Positions 15,500-24,267 of a DNA stretch of 64,000 bases are shown piece after piece. This DNA is from a virus: IMG/VR virus record IMGVR_UViG_3300042731_007021, positions 1 through 64,000 of that record; one strand, written 5' to 3'. The notes beneath the pieces were generated by a model. It saw only the letters and a program-made list of their open reading frames with translations, did not search any database and was not told the DNA's origin. Position 1 is the stretch's first letter. Each line of letters opens with the position of its first letter. The position numbers and the translations under genes were made by a program.

Positions 15500-16237
15500 T
15501 CAACTGCAAGCTTTTTCAGCTATGGCCTGGAGGTCTATATTCCGGCCGCTGTTTTTCGTTGCCCGTGCCGCTGCCGCTGCTGCCCATGCCGCTGCCTCTG
15601 CTGCCCATGCAGTTGCCGCTGCTGCCCGTGCCGCTGCCTCTGCTGCCTCTGCCCGTGCCTCTGCCGCTGCTGCCCGTGCCGCTGCCTCTGCTGCCCATGC
15701 AGTTGCCGCTGCTGCCCATGCAGTTGCCGCTGCTGCCCGTGCCGCTGCCTCTGCTGCCTCTGCCCGTGCCTCTGCCGCTGCTGCCCGTGCCGCTGCCTCT
15801 GCTGCCCGTGCCGCTGCCTCTGCTGCCTCTGCTGCCGCCACCGATCGATCTTCCCCTGACATCCATTTTTCAGCCCAGTTAGTAAATCCCTTATCCTTGT
15901 TAACTTCCAAGGCGCAAAGGATGGCATATTTAATCCTTTGTTCCAGGGTAATATTCGGAATCGACAATTCCATTATCAAGGTCAATTCAGTCACTCCGCA
16001 CTTCATTCCCATATCGTCTTTAAATTCCCCTCCCCCCTCGCATTCAAAAAGCCTTGGGGTTTCGATATTGGTATGGACAGGGTTGTGGAGAACGGCAATC
16101 AAAGGAGAGCTATATGCGTGAAGCCATCCGCCGCTGCAAAGGTCATCACTTCCTGACGTGGTTTCTGTTTTTCCTATCTCCCATTGAAATCCATTGTAGG
16201 TTTGGAGGGATTTATTTGTAAGTTTATAGAGTTTCAT
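15500..16237 (-). CDS. phage protein with globular N-terminus (YKLT...LCSGGWLHAY) and Ala-rich tandem repeats
   Basis: AAARAAEAAA / AWAAEAAA repeats; widespread phage architecture. Confidence 0.8.
   Translation of the reverse strand: MKLYKLTNKSLQTYNGFQWEIGKTETTSGSDDLCSGGWLHAYSSPLIAVLHNPVHTNIETPRLFECEGGGEFKDDMGMKCGVTELTLIMELSIPNITLEQRIKYAILCALEVNKDKGFTNWAEKWMSGEDRSVAAAEAAEAAARAAEAAARAAAAEARAEAAEAAARAAAATAWAAAATAWAAEAAARAAAAEARAEAAEAAARAAAATAWAAEAAAWAAAAAARATKNSGRNIDLQAIAEKACS
15559..15840. repeat. coding minisatellite of shuffled GCA/GCG-rich units
   Basis: repeated gcccgtgccgctgcctctgct and gcccatgcagttgccgctgct blocks. Confidence 0.9.
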
Positions 16238-16313
16238 AATTTAGTTTCCGGTGAAAATGGGTTGTACGGCAGCCTGGGGTCATTTCCTTTATAAGTTCCT
16301 GATACCACAATAA

Positions 16314-16709
16314 TCACTCTGATATTAAATCGTTTGCGCCGGGGGGAGTTAAAGGGCCAGCCCATAATGCCTCTCTGCTGACCATATCAACACCAACGCC
16401 TGGCCAGTGTTCACCAAACCGCAGCCCACTACAACTGACAGTATTCATATGCTCTTCGACTCTGTAGACTTGCACCACTTGCCAAAGACAGCCGCGCCCA
16501 CCTACATAAAGCCAGTAAAACCCCTCTTCGGTCGGCGTCTTCGAGGTGGGCATAATAGGGCGAGTCGCTGGAAGTATTCGCTTCAACAACTCTTCAAGAA
16601 TAGCGCGGTGGTTATCGTTAATCGTCTGGCGAATAATGTCCATTACCGGCTCGGTCAACTGTTCTGCTAATTCTGAAATCTTGGGGTCAGTCATAAGGTT
16701 ATCGCTCAT
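16314..16709 (-). CDS. hypothetical protein
   Basis: 131-aa ORF; PTEEGFYW...WAGPL.PP motif common in small phage proteins. Confidence 0.7.
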   Translation of the reverse strand: MSDNLMTDPKISELAEQLTEPVMDIIRQTINDNHRAILEELLKRILPATRPIMPTSKTPTEEGFYWLYVGGRGCLWQVVQVYRVEEHMNTVSCSGLRFGEHWPGVGVDMVSREALWAGPLTPPGANDLISE

Positions 16710-16923
16710 TCACCGGAACAATGTCAAGGTGAGTGATAATATATCTTTGAAAGTCGGCGGCTATCACCTTATTGATAATTATCTTAGAGGCCTCATCGGC
16801 AGCATCACGGCAGTCTCTTGCTGTCACCACTGTTTCAAGAGAAATAGTGGCCACCGCGGTATTGTTTTCGGCAATGTTAGTTTCAATCTGTGCTGTCAAA
16901 TTGACACTGTAGTCTTGATTCAT
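16699..16923 (-). CDS. hypothetical protein; likely start MNQDYSV
   Basis: GGAAGGA RBS before ATG at 16923. Confidence 0.55.
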   Translation of the reverse strand: MNQDYSVNLTAQIETNIAENNTAVATISLETVVTARDCRDAADEASKIIINKVIAADFQRYIITHLDIVPVNER

Positions 16924-16973
16924 GGCTTTTTCCTTCCGGTTAATTCGGTAATCTAAATCCCAATCCGGGCTGT

Positions 16974-17498
16974 TTAATTTATCAATCCCCGGAACACGTA
17001 GGGGATACCGTTCTCCACCTTTTCGATTTCCTTTTTTAATTCCTCGATTCGTTTCCTGGCTACCACAATCTGCTCCTCTGTGGTGTTGACGACGTGCTGC
17101 CAATATCCTGGCATACTGCGTTCTTTGAATTCATATTGGAAGGTGCCGTCTGAATATTTGGAACCCCACCGGGTGGCTACGCTGCCCAATATTTGACTTG
17201 ACTCGAAATAGGCCCAGCCTGACCCGTCTGCTAATTCCATCTTGACTGAGAATTTAATCCACACGAGGGCGGCGGGCTGTTCAACGCCGATATAGTGAAA
17301 GTCAGCGATTTGGTTTGCCTCCTCTTTGAATGCCTTAACAGCATCTCTGAAAGCTTTGCAAAATGGTTGGGTAGCGAGCGTTATCTTCTCGCTGTTGAAT
17401 TGTTTGAAATATTTATCAAACAGGGGTTCGATGGATATCAGGCTGGAATAGAGCTTCTGTTCGCCTTTGAGCTTGGTTTGCGTGTCGTATTGTGTCAT
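16974..17498 (-). CDS. hypothetical protein
   Basis: 174-aa ORF with GGAG RBS and its own promoter. Confidence 0.75.
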   Translation of the reverse strand: MTQYDTQTKLKGEQKLYSSLISIEPLFDKYFKQFNSEKITLATQPFCKAFRDAVKAFKEEANQIADFHYIGVEQPAALVWIKFSVKMELADGSGWAYFESSQILGSVATRWGSKYSDGTFQYEFKERSMPGYWQHVVNTTEEQIVVARKRIEELKKEIEKVENGIPYVFRGLIN

Positions 17499-17545
17499 GG
17501 TTGTGTTCTCCGTCTTTAAAGCGTCTTCTCGCTTAACATGTGCGT

Positions 17546-17580
17546 ATGATACAGCAGGATGGGTGCTGTTGTCAATAAGT
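17546..17580 (-). promoter_or_regulatory. sigma70-type promoter ACTTA-TTGACA-N18-TATCAT
   Basis: phage promoter signature. Confidence 0.65.
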
Positions 17581-17796
17581 GCGATTCTATTTGTCTGGCT
17601 TTCTCCTATACAACCTGGTTTGCCATCTCCAGCACTTTTCGTTTAATGGTCCTCAACTCATGCGGGGATATAACGCCCCGCTTACAAGCTGACTCCATGC
17701 GATTCATTTGGGATGCCAGGGCGGGACCGTTGTTTAATTTTATGAGGCGGCGGAAATTTTCAAGGATTTGATTCATGTCTTATTCACTCCTCCTTT

Positions 17797-17985
17797 TTAC
17801 ATTGCACCTAGCATCCGCCAGCAGCGGTTTGTTGCTATGCAATTATTCTTGTCATCGGTTACGTCGACAAAGGCAGCCTTCCCATGTACATAAATATGGC
17901 ATTGATTGTTCTCTCCGCGATAAAACCGTATCGGTGCCCCCAAAACAGGGCGGGGGGTGTGCTTTTTCTGTCGCAACAGTTTCAT
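17797..17985 (-). CDS. hypothetical protein
   Basis: 62-aa ORF with AGGAG RBS. Confidence 0.6.
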   Translation of the reverse strand: MKLLRQKKHTPRPVLGAPIRFYRGENNQCHIYVHGKAAFVDVTDDKNNCIATNRCWRMLGAM

Positions 17986-18014
17986 ATTTTATTATCTCCT
18001 ATATAGATAGAGTG

Positions 18015-18254
18015 TCAGTCAAAATAAAAGCCAATTAACGGATAATGGGCCGCCAGGCTGGACAATTCATAGTGATTCGTCATCTCCAGAATGCAGTGAT
18101 TTCGTATATCGTCCATGTGGTCAGCCAAGACTTCAGACTCAATAAATATTTTGTCTGGGCTCCCCTCACTGCTGTAATGTGGCAATGTTTTTAAGAACTG
18201 TAATTCATCGTGGCTGACCATTAAAGCCGCTATTTTTAAAGTTTCCAATGACAT
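18015..18254 (-). CDS. hypothetical protein
   Basis: 79-aa ORF with GGAG RBS. Confidence 0.6.
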   Translation of the reverse strand: MSLETLKIAALMVSHDELQFLKTLPHYSSEGSPDKIFIESEVLADHMDDIRNHCILEMTNHYELSSLAAHYPLIGFYFD

Positions 18255-18303
18255 ACTTTATTTACTCCGTTACCTGCCAATAATTAAATTTTGGAAGTAG
18301 AAG

Positions 18304-18735
18304 TCATTCGGCGCTATTCGATTCCACAACTTCCAGGTCACTATATCCCAGGCTTGCCAACTCAGTCAGAAGGGCGCTGTATTCGTCCTCAGTGGCTACC
18401 TGCAGGCCTTCTATCAACTCTGGGCTGGAGCCACCGTGTTGGCCTATATGTTGATAACTTGATATCAACTGATCCGACCATGGAACCTCAGGGAATAATG
18501 CTATAACGTCGCCTTCCTCGAATTTCCTAAATACCACTTTCGTAGTGGGCACATCACACCATGATATGTTGTTGGTTCCCCCTTCACAATCTATGCACCA
18601 GCTGTCCTGGTCGTAAACGACCAATGTTTCAAACCTCTGTTTTTCTATATTCCATTCCGATATAGAATCGAAACTTATATTGGATGACCCGCAATGGTTG
18701 CATACCGGTTGACGTTTTTTGGGTGTGCTGTTCAT
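18304..18735 (-). CDS. Zn-ribbon fused to a conserved phage domain (VIALFPE...SSYQHIGQHG...ATEDEY..LL.EL..LGY)
   Basis: CNHC/CIDC plus a recognisable C-terminal motif. Confidence 0.75.
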   Translation of the reverse strand: MNSTPKKRQPVCNHCGSSNISFDSISEWNIEKQRFETLVVYDQDSWCIDCEGGTNNISWCDVPTTKVVFRKFEEGDVIALFPEVPWSDQLISSYQHIGQHGGSSPELIEGLQVATEDEYSALLTELASLGYSDLEVVESNSAE

Positions 18736-18748
18736 TGTTAGATTGCTC

Positions 18749-19006
18749 CTATAAAGGCCGCATTAGTGCGGCTTCCAGGGTTTTAAATTTTTGGTGATGG
18801 TAGTAATGCCCATCAATCAAATCAGCCGTTTGCCATTCCCCGTCCCAAAGCGCCTTAATCGGCCAAACGTTACGCTTTCCTTTTGTGAGGACAACGCCCA
18901 CCATTGGGCTATCTGCTACAGTAAACCCAAGCGATTCGGCAAACCCCATTTGCGATTCGGTTAAATAAAGTGACAAACCCATTTCATTTTCTCCTATACA
19001 GGTCAA
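18749..19006 (-). CDS. hypothetical protein
   Basis: 85-aa ORF; start uncertain. Confidence 0.6.
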   Translation of the reverse strand: MTCIGENEMGLSLYLTESQMGFAESLGFTVADSPMVGVVLTKGKRNVWPIKALWDGEWQTADLIDGHYYHHQKFKTLEAALMRPL

Positions 19007-21273
19007 TGAATATTTAAGCTTGAGAAGGTGGCCAGCACTGTGCTGACTCCTGTCCCTGACTCTTTAAATGTGCCAGGGGGCAACTCTTCCCAGTGGTCTG
19101 CGATAGGTTGTAACTGTTCTACCTGCTTTGGACCTCCCGCGCAGATAGCCACCACCGTGCCCCCTGGCTTGACGAATTTTAGCGCGTGTTTGATGTGTGC
19201 TATATCCTGCCACTTTTCGAAAGGAGGGTTCATGATAACGGCATCATATAGGCCAAAAACATTCAATTTCAGGAAATCGTCGAATATAAGATTATGGCCT
19301 TTCAATTCCAGAATCTCGCGCAATGTGTGATTAATCTCACAACAGTCCACATCGGCCCCTTTTTCCCTCAGCTTGTCAGCAATTGCCGCACTGGCCGCTG
19401 ATGGTTCCAAAACCTTAGGCCTGTCATCAGGGTCACTGAAATCCAGACCGGAATAGTCAATCATTTTATCCACAATATGCGCCGGCGTCGGAAAATACCC
19501 AGGGATGTTAGAGAATTGCAGGCTGTTAATTTTCATGCGCAAGGCGTCGGCCTGCTCATCCTGTTCCGTCCTTTTCTCCTTTAAAAGGTTCCATAGAGCC
19601 ACCGTGGTTTTATCGTCACTCCGTGGCTTGCCAGTGCCTACCCGGTAAGAATGATAACCGTTCGGGATGTTTTCGCATTCCTCAGCCATGCAACCGTAAA
19701 CGGCTTTTTTAGTCTTGATGTGCTGCAATTCAGGCGGGACGGTGCCTCGTTCGTGAAGGTCCGCAAGGGCATACAAGGCTTTTTGCGTCCTCTGCAGGCG
19801 GTAACCCTCCAGGCGGGCGTGTTCGGCCTGTGCTAACCGTTTCGGCGTGTTCGTGAGTCGATCCGCTAACTTATCATTAACCTGGTTAGTCAACCTATCC
19901 GCCATGGCGCGAAGATTCGCGGCGGTAGCGGCGGTAGCGGTGCTTTTGCTCTCTGTGGCTGGCTTTTGGCTGTCAGGGGTGCGGACAGTAGTGCCCTTTC
20001 CCGGTCCGCTTCCGTCCGGGTCATCATCAGGCGAAACGGCCGTGTAACGTTCTGGCAGGCTGTCGGTCTTACCGTACCAGCACCCGTTGTATCGTGACCA
20101 GCGGAAGCCGTGAGCCTTCAATTCGTCGCGGGTGGCTTCGTCCGGCTTTGCATTGAATACAATCTCAGTGAACCCCGGCTTCGTGCCCGGCCGGGTGGTG
20201 AATTCCTGGGGGCCAGCTGTAGGGGCGTTGTCGGCGTTGGATTTCCGGCTGGACTTCACAATGCTTGAAGGAATGGCCCATGCTCCTACTGGTACGCTCT
20301 CAGGCTTGGCGGGAGCGTCTTTGTAACTTAGAGCCAGCTTTTTTATGGTCCAGCCGCTTGAGTTGGAGTGATTGCCGGGCTCTGTCAGGTAATAGCCGCT
20401 GCCCATGCTGTACTTTTCCCGGTGTTCCGTTTCTCTTTCACTGATGCGCCATCCGAAGCCAATGGATTTATCTTCAAAAGTGATTGAATGTAAGGGGTGG
20501 GCGTCCGCATAGGCTTGCGCTTCGGCTTCGCTGTTGAATAACGTGGCGGGCTTTACTTCATCATGCCAGTGTGATTGCTCTCCCTTGTAATGATAGGAAC
20601 CGTTACTATAGAACTCCTCCTCAATGGCCGGATAAGCCTCAAACCAGCGGAGGGCCATACCGCGGACGGCTTGCGGGAGTTCGGTCCCGTCTTCCATTTG
20701 AGCATTAGCGGCGGCTTTGCGCATCTCGCTAAAAATGTCGCGGGTGTGAGTTGACCAGGCTAGAATGATGAACTCTTCCCCGTGGCTGGCGAAGTAGTCT
20801 GTCATAATGTCGGAATCATTCACGCGGCGTTCAGCCACAATCACGGCCTTTGCATTGGCCGGCATGCGTTGGCGGACTTGTTCAGTGAACTTGTCGCGGC
20901 GTTTCTGCGCCTGTTCGCGTTCGATCTCCTGTTGACGTATGCGGGCCTCCTGGCGCTGTTGTGCCTGGGTTAACTTTTCGGCGGCTTTGGCTTCGCTGAT
21001 CGGCTGCACTTGATAGCGTTCGGCCTGTTGTGCGTAATCCTTTGCGCTGTATTCGTCCAGTTCGGAGGTCTCTCCGTCTTCCCATGCAATTAGAATCTCG
21101 CTGTTTACAGGCTTCAGGCCGTGTGATCCGAATATTGACATATTGCCGCCGGTGTCGCTGATCCGGCAAATATAGCCGGTTCGGCTGTTGGCTGCGTCGT
21201 AGTGAGCTACAGGCTGTCCAATGTAATAGGGCGCTGCCTGGGTGATGTCGGAGTTTTGTGCCGGGTTGTTCAT
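19003..21273 (-). CDS. multidomain (polyvalent-type) protein with C-terminal N6-adenine methyltransferase-like domain
   Basis: YFPTP, VLEPSA, IMNPPF, F..SGT.V motifs; DUF3560-like LKAHGFRWS...WY; N-terminal DSDIMTDYF...HREKYSMG.GYYL module. Confidence 0.85.
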   Translation of the reverse strand: MNNPAQNSDITQAAPYYIGQPVAHYDAANSRTGYICRISDTGGNMSIFGSHGLKPVNSEILIAWEDGETSELDEYSAKDYAQQAERYQVQPISEAKAAEKLTQAQQRQEARIRQQEIEREQAQKRRDKFTEQVRQRMPANAKAVIVAERRVNDSDIMTDYFASHGEEFIILAWSTHTRDIFSEMRKAAANAQMEDGTELPQAVRGMALRWFEAYPAIEEEFYSNGSYHYKGEQSHWHDEVKPATLFNSEAEAQAYADAHPLHSITFEDKSIGFGWRISERETEHREKYSMGSGYYLTEPGNHSNSSGWTIKKLALSYKDAPAKPESVPVGAWAIPSSIVKSSRKSNADNAPTAGPQEFTTRPGTKPGFTEIVFNAKPDEATRDELKAHGFRWSRYNGCWYGKTDSLPERYTAVSPDDDPDGSGPGKGTTVRTPDSQKPATESKSTATAATAANLRAMADRLTNQVNDKLADRLTNTPKRLAQAEHARLEGYRLQRTQKALYALADLHERGTVPPELQHIKTKKAVYGCMAEECENIPNGYHSYRVGTGKPRSDDKTTVALWNLLKEKRTEQDEQADALRMKINSLQFSNIPGYFPTPAHIVDKMIDYSGLDFSDPDDRPKVLEPSAASAAIADKLREKGADVDCCEINHTLREILELKGHNLIFDDFLKLNVFGLYDAVIMNPPFEKWQDIAHIKHALKFVKPGGTVVAICAGGPKQVEQLQPIADHWEELPPGTFKESGTGVSTVLATFSSLNIH

Positions 21274-21384
21274 TGTTGGATTGCTCCTATTGTGTCGTTA
21301 ATCTTTAAAGCGTCTTTCGCTTTGTCTGTGTTGCTTATATTACATTAACTATAATGATGTAGTCAATATTTATTTTCTTGTTTT

Positions 21385-21433
21385 TATGCTTTGCTTGCCG
21401 GGCAAAGCATAAGGATGCTGTTTTGTTTGTCAA
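21385..21433 (-). promoter_or_regulatory. promoter TTGACA-N16-TATGCT overlapped by a 27-bp palindrome (copy 1)
   Basis: TATGCTTTGC ttgccgg GCAAAGCATA at 21385-21411. Confidence 0.65.
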
Positions 21434-21526
21434 GTGCAATTTTTACAACTTTTGTAAAATCCTTGACCGGCGCGCCTGGGAAAGTTGCTGAAAACAGGTT
21501 GTTTAAATCTTGTTAAATCTTCGTTT

Positions 21527-21576
21527 TATGCTTTGCTTGCCGGGCAAAGCATATAGGTATAAATTTGATTTGTCAA
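21527..21576 (-). promoter_or_regulatory. promoter TTGACA-N17-TATGCT overlapped by the same palindrome (copy 2)
   Basis: identical 27-bp element at 21527-21553. Confidence 0.7.
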
Positions 21577-21599
21577 ACTTTATTTTTCTGGAGGTTTCC

Positions 21600-22380
21600 C
21601 CAGGAATGGCGCTGAATCGCTCCTATATAGATAGAAAAATTGGGTTTATGCAGGGTTTTTAGTTTGAATGTCTGATTAAGTGGCTTGGTTGGTTTGATGT
21701 TGAATGTGGGGGGATATGTAGCACGAAGCACGAAAATAAAAAAGTTGTGATTTCAGGTTTGCTGTGGATAAAATTTGGAGGTTCTAAAGCTGCCAGTTTT
21801 ATGTGGGGCTGTTTTGGTGTGGGTGAGCCTGGATGATCGACTTTTGATAAGCTGAATTTATATGATAATAAGTAGTGAGAAGAAATAGAGAACTGGTTAT
21901 TTTTTATACAATCTGTTTAAAATCAATGATTTAGTTATAGTGGGGTAGTACTCCGTTTTCAAACCGTGTTTACTACCCACCCAAAGTATTGGCAAAAAAC
22001 GAGAATCTATTTTTTGCCGAAAATTTTTGTTTTCGTTTTTTTCCATTTACTTTTTGATAATCTTGATCCCGCAAACGTTTTCGTTTTAGGGCGCTATTAC
22101 TACTCTATTCTTTTTTTATGTTTATTATTTTTATATAAATAATTAAATATTTAATGTTTATATATAAAAGTAAAAGGATTGTAAAAAATGGATAGAAACC
22201 TAAGTTTTTAGATTGGTAATTTATTGTAATGATTGTTGTTGTTGGCCGTGGCTGAAAATTTTGGGTTTTTCATGGATGCTTTGATGTTGTAGGTTTTTGG
22301 TAAATGCGAATGATTCTTGGTTGTATTCGAATTCTCATTTATGCTTTTCTTTGGGTTTATAGGTTTTGGATGGTATCCCA
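21600..22380. other. AT-rich non-coding region with a DnaA box, an IHF-like site and inverted repeats
   Basis: TGTGGATAA 21763-21771; AATCAATGATTTA 21921-21933; inverted repeats at 21943-21978, 21991-22018 and 22142-22155. Confidence 0.6.
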
Positions 22381-22384
22381 GGCG

Positions 22385-22420
22385 AAAAGAAACGCGATAG
22401 ATTCAAATCTATCGCGTTTC
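22385..22420 (-). terminator. strong hairpin terminator of the early operon
   Basis: GAAACGCGATAGATT-ca-AATCTATCGCGTTTC followed by TTTT on the minus strand. Confidence 0.65.
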
Positions 22421-22445
22421 AAGGCTTCAGGCTTAGTGAATAGGA

Positions 22446-22616
22446 TCAATGGTTGATCAATTCTAAGCGACTGTGACGCGTTCTAATCGATTTTTGATGG
22501 TAGGCTTTACCATTGTCGGCGATTAGATAAAGTTTGTTGTGGCGTAATTCAAAGCCGATTATTTGCCCAACTAATTGGCGCGCCCGGTTATATAGTTTCC
22601 GATTGATTGTGTTCAT
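22446..22616 (-). CDS. 56-aa hypothetical protein (not in ORF track)
   Basis: MNTINRKLYNRARQLVGQ...; AGGA upstream; read manually. Confidence 0.55.
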   Translation of the reverse strand: MNTINRKLYNRARQLVGQIIGFELRHNKLYLIADNGKAYHQKSIRTRHSRLELINH

Positions 22617-22620
22617 GGTT

Positions 22621-22816
22621 TTAATCCTGGGTTTCCTCGATCGTTAAATAAAAAGGATTCAGGTTATACTTGTCTATTAATATTCCTTTAGCGGATTCAA
22701 CTGAATCCGCTTCAATGGTGAATCCTTCATTTTTTGCGCCGAAAGTGCGGACATAATTACCGGACCATGTGATTGGTCGAAAAGATGCCATATTATGTTT
22801 AACGTTAAATTTCATG
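22621..22816 (-). CDS. hypothetical early protein; start MKFNVKH
   Basis: GGAG RBS before 22816. Confidence 0.65.
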
Positions 22817-22832
22817 ATTCTATTTCTCCAAG

Positions 22833-23045
22833 TTATGCCGCTTTTTTCTGAAATCCCCGATATTCGAATTCTAACGCCTTGATTTTTTCGAATTGGCATC
22901 TAGGCAAATTATTTTTTAGCTGAAGTTCATATCGCGCATATTCAAACCGGTCTTTTCTTTTTAGCGCGTTGAGATGTAATGCAGCCATTCTATTCAGTGA
23001 ATTTTCAGCGCGGGCAAATATTTGAGTTTGGTTGATTAGTGTCAT
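22833..23045 (-). CDS. hypothetical early protein
   Basis: ACGAGGAA leader. Confidence 0.7.
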   Translation of the reverse strand: MTLINQTQIFARAENSLNRMAALHLNALKRKDRFEYARYELQLKNNLPRCQFEKIKALEFEYRGFQKKAA

Positions 23046-23086
23046 GATAAGGTTCCTCGTTTGTGTCGTTTAGATATTTGCGTTCT

Positions 23087-23179
23087 CTATAGCGTTAATC
23101 CGGCATAAAACAAGCCGGCAAAAAACGCCAAGAAAAGAAACGCAAGCAATAAATCGTAAAAGAATGAAATGATTTTCAT
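23087..23179 (-). CDS. 30-aa single-TM peptide (not in ORF track)
   Basis: MKIISFFYDLLLAFLFLAFFAGLFYAGLTL; ATGA overlap with the upstream stop. Confidence 0.6.
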   Translation of the reverse strand: MKIISFFYDLLLAFLFLAFFAGLFYAGLTL

Positions 23180-23790
23180 ATCATAGATCCGTCCGAGTAA
23201 AACTCGTGCTCATTGATCAAAATTGACTCCTTTATAGCTTCATCGCTGTTTTGATACTCTATATCTTGCTCCCAATCAATCCTGAAGGATTCAATAGAAT
23301 CATTGATAATATCTTCGATATCTTGGCTGTCAGGCTTTTCGACAAAGTCCAGAATTGGATTTAACAACGAATAGTCGGCGCAAAATCCGGTAAGAGAATT
23401 ATATTCGAATTGGATGTTTGAATGCCTGAATTTGTAATTATAACGGCCGTTTATGTAGTCACCTTGTGTGCTGTAGTACTTGCCTTTTCTGAACAAAGGC
23501 AGCCAGTTATTAATAATCCAAGTTCTCAGGCGTAACCCTGTCAATTCAGTGTTTTCGATCTCTTCGAAATAATCAGGAATATCTATATTAATGTAACTAT
23601 TCCCCCAAAGGCATATATAATAATCCTTCACTCTGACCCCTATAAGATCACAGAATTTGTTAAGGCTGTCCCGGTATTCATCGCCTCCGGTATATTCGAA
23701 ACCTTGGGCTCTCCAGTTTTCAATGGCTTTTTGTTGAGCTTCTTCGCTTAACTCTTCAAATGAATAAATGGTTATTGTTTCTGTTCTCAT
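23176..23790 (-). CDS. acidic conserved phage early protein (YSFEELSEEAQQKAI...EFYSDG)
   Basis: recognisable phage family; strong leader motif. Confidence 0.8.
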   Translation of the reverse strand: MRTETITIYSFEELSEEAQQKAIENWRAQGFEYTGGDEYRDSLNKFCDLIGVRVKDYYICLWGNSYINIDIPDYFEEIENTELTGLRLRTWIINNWLPLFRKGKYYSTQGDYINGRYNYKFRHSNIQFEYNSLTGFCADYSLLNPILDFVEKPDSQDIEDIINDSIESFRIDWEQDIEYQNSDEAIKESILINEHEFYSDGSMI

Positions 23791-23823
23791 GATATTTTTC
23801 CTCGTGTCGTTAATTCCTGAAAA

Positions 23824-24162
23824 TTAATTAAATAGTCTGTCGCCGTAGTCGTAATCCGGATTACCTACACAAACGGTTCCCAGGCATCCGGGCGCGTCGT
23901 CGAATTCATCGCGCTGAATCATCCAGCATTCCCTGGTGAATGGTGTTGGGGATACCCGTTCGTTACGTGTCATGCTCCAATTAGAGGCGTAAGTGGTGAC
24001 CTCGGATTTTTTGATAGCTCGGCAATCCCATGTGTTACCTGACCAATGGTTATACCCATCGTTTTCCTCGACAAATTGGTCCCGCGAACTCTTGCTGCTA
24101 AACACGTACACGTCCCAGGTGTTGGAAAACCCTTGTTTATTTAATGCTGCATAATATTTCAT
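23824..24162 (-). CDS. hypothetical early protein
   Basis: CACGAGGAA leader. Confidence 0.75.
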   Translation of the reverse strand: MKYYAALNKQGFSNTWDVYVFSSKSSRDQFVEENDGYNHWSGNTWDCRAIKKSEVTTYASNWSMTRNERVSPTPFTRECWMIQRDEFDDAPGCLGTVCVGNPDYDYGDRLFN

Positions 24163-24195
24163 GATGTTAATTCCTCGTGCGTTAAATTTATTTAA

Positions 24196-24260
24196 TAGCC
24201 TATCTCTTCAGCGCTAGTCGGCCAATGCTAGCGGACCCGGCTTAAAATGCCGGGTTTCGA
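24196..24260 (-). ncRNA. hammerhead ribozyme, type II, with loop I / 3'-tail pseudoknot
   Basis: UC GAAA CCCGGC auuuuaa GCCGGG UC^CGCUAG cauuggccga CUAGCG CUGAAGA GA ua GGCUA: complete catalytic core, GUC triplet, two perfect 6-bp stems. Confidence 0.9.
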
Positions 24261-24267
24261 ATTTATG

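Noticed and set aside
15474-16121. Alternative-frame ORFs over the Ala repeat (GSRGS, QQRQRHG and LPLLP repeats)
   Set aside because: They are by-products of a stop-free repeat; only the frame with a globular N-terminus and an RBS is credible.
19466-19474. DnaA box TTATCCACA
   Set aside because: A single copy inside the methyltransferase coding sequence, as expected by chance.
147-21169. Numerous + strand ORFs in the leftward region, and - strand ORFs in the structural region
   Set aside because: They are antisense shadows of well-supported genes and lack an RBS or recognisable motifs.
22301-22341. Fur-box-like sequence TAAATGCGAATGATTCT
   Set aside because: Only a partial match in AT-rich DNA, with no linked promoter or iron-related gene.
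22389-22420. Protelomerase (telRL-type) site
   Set aside because: The palindrome is short, follows the last early gene and has a T-tract, so a terminator is the simpler reading; no protelomerase gene is seen.
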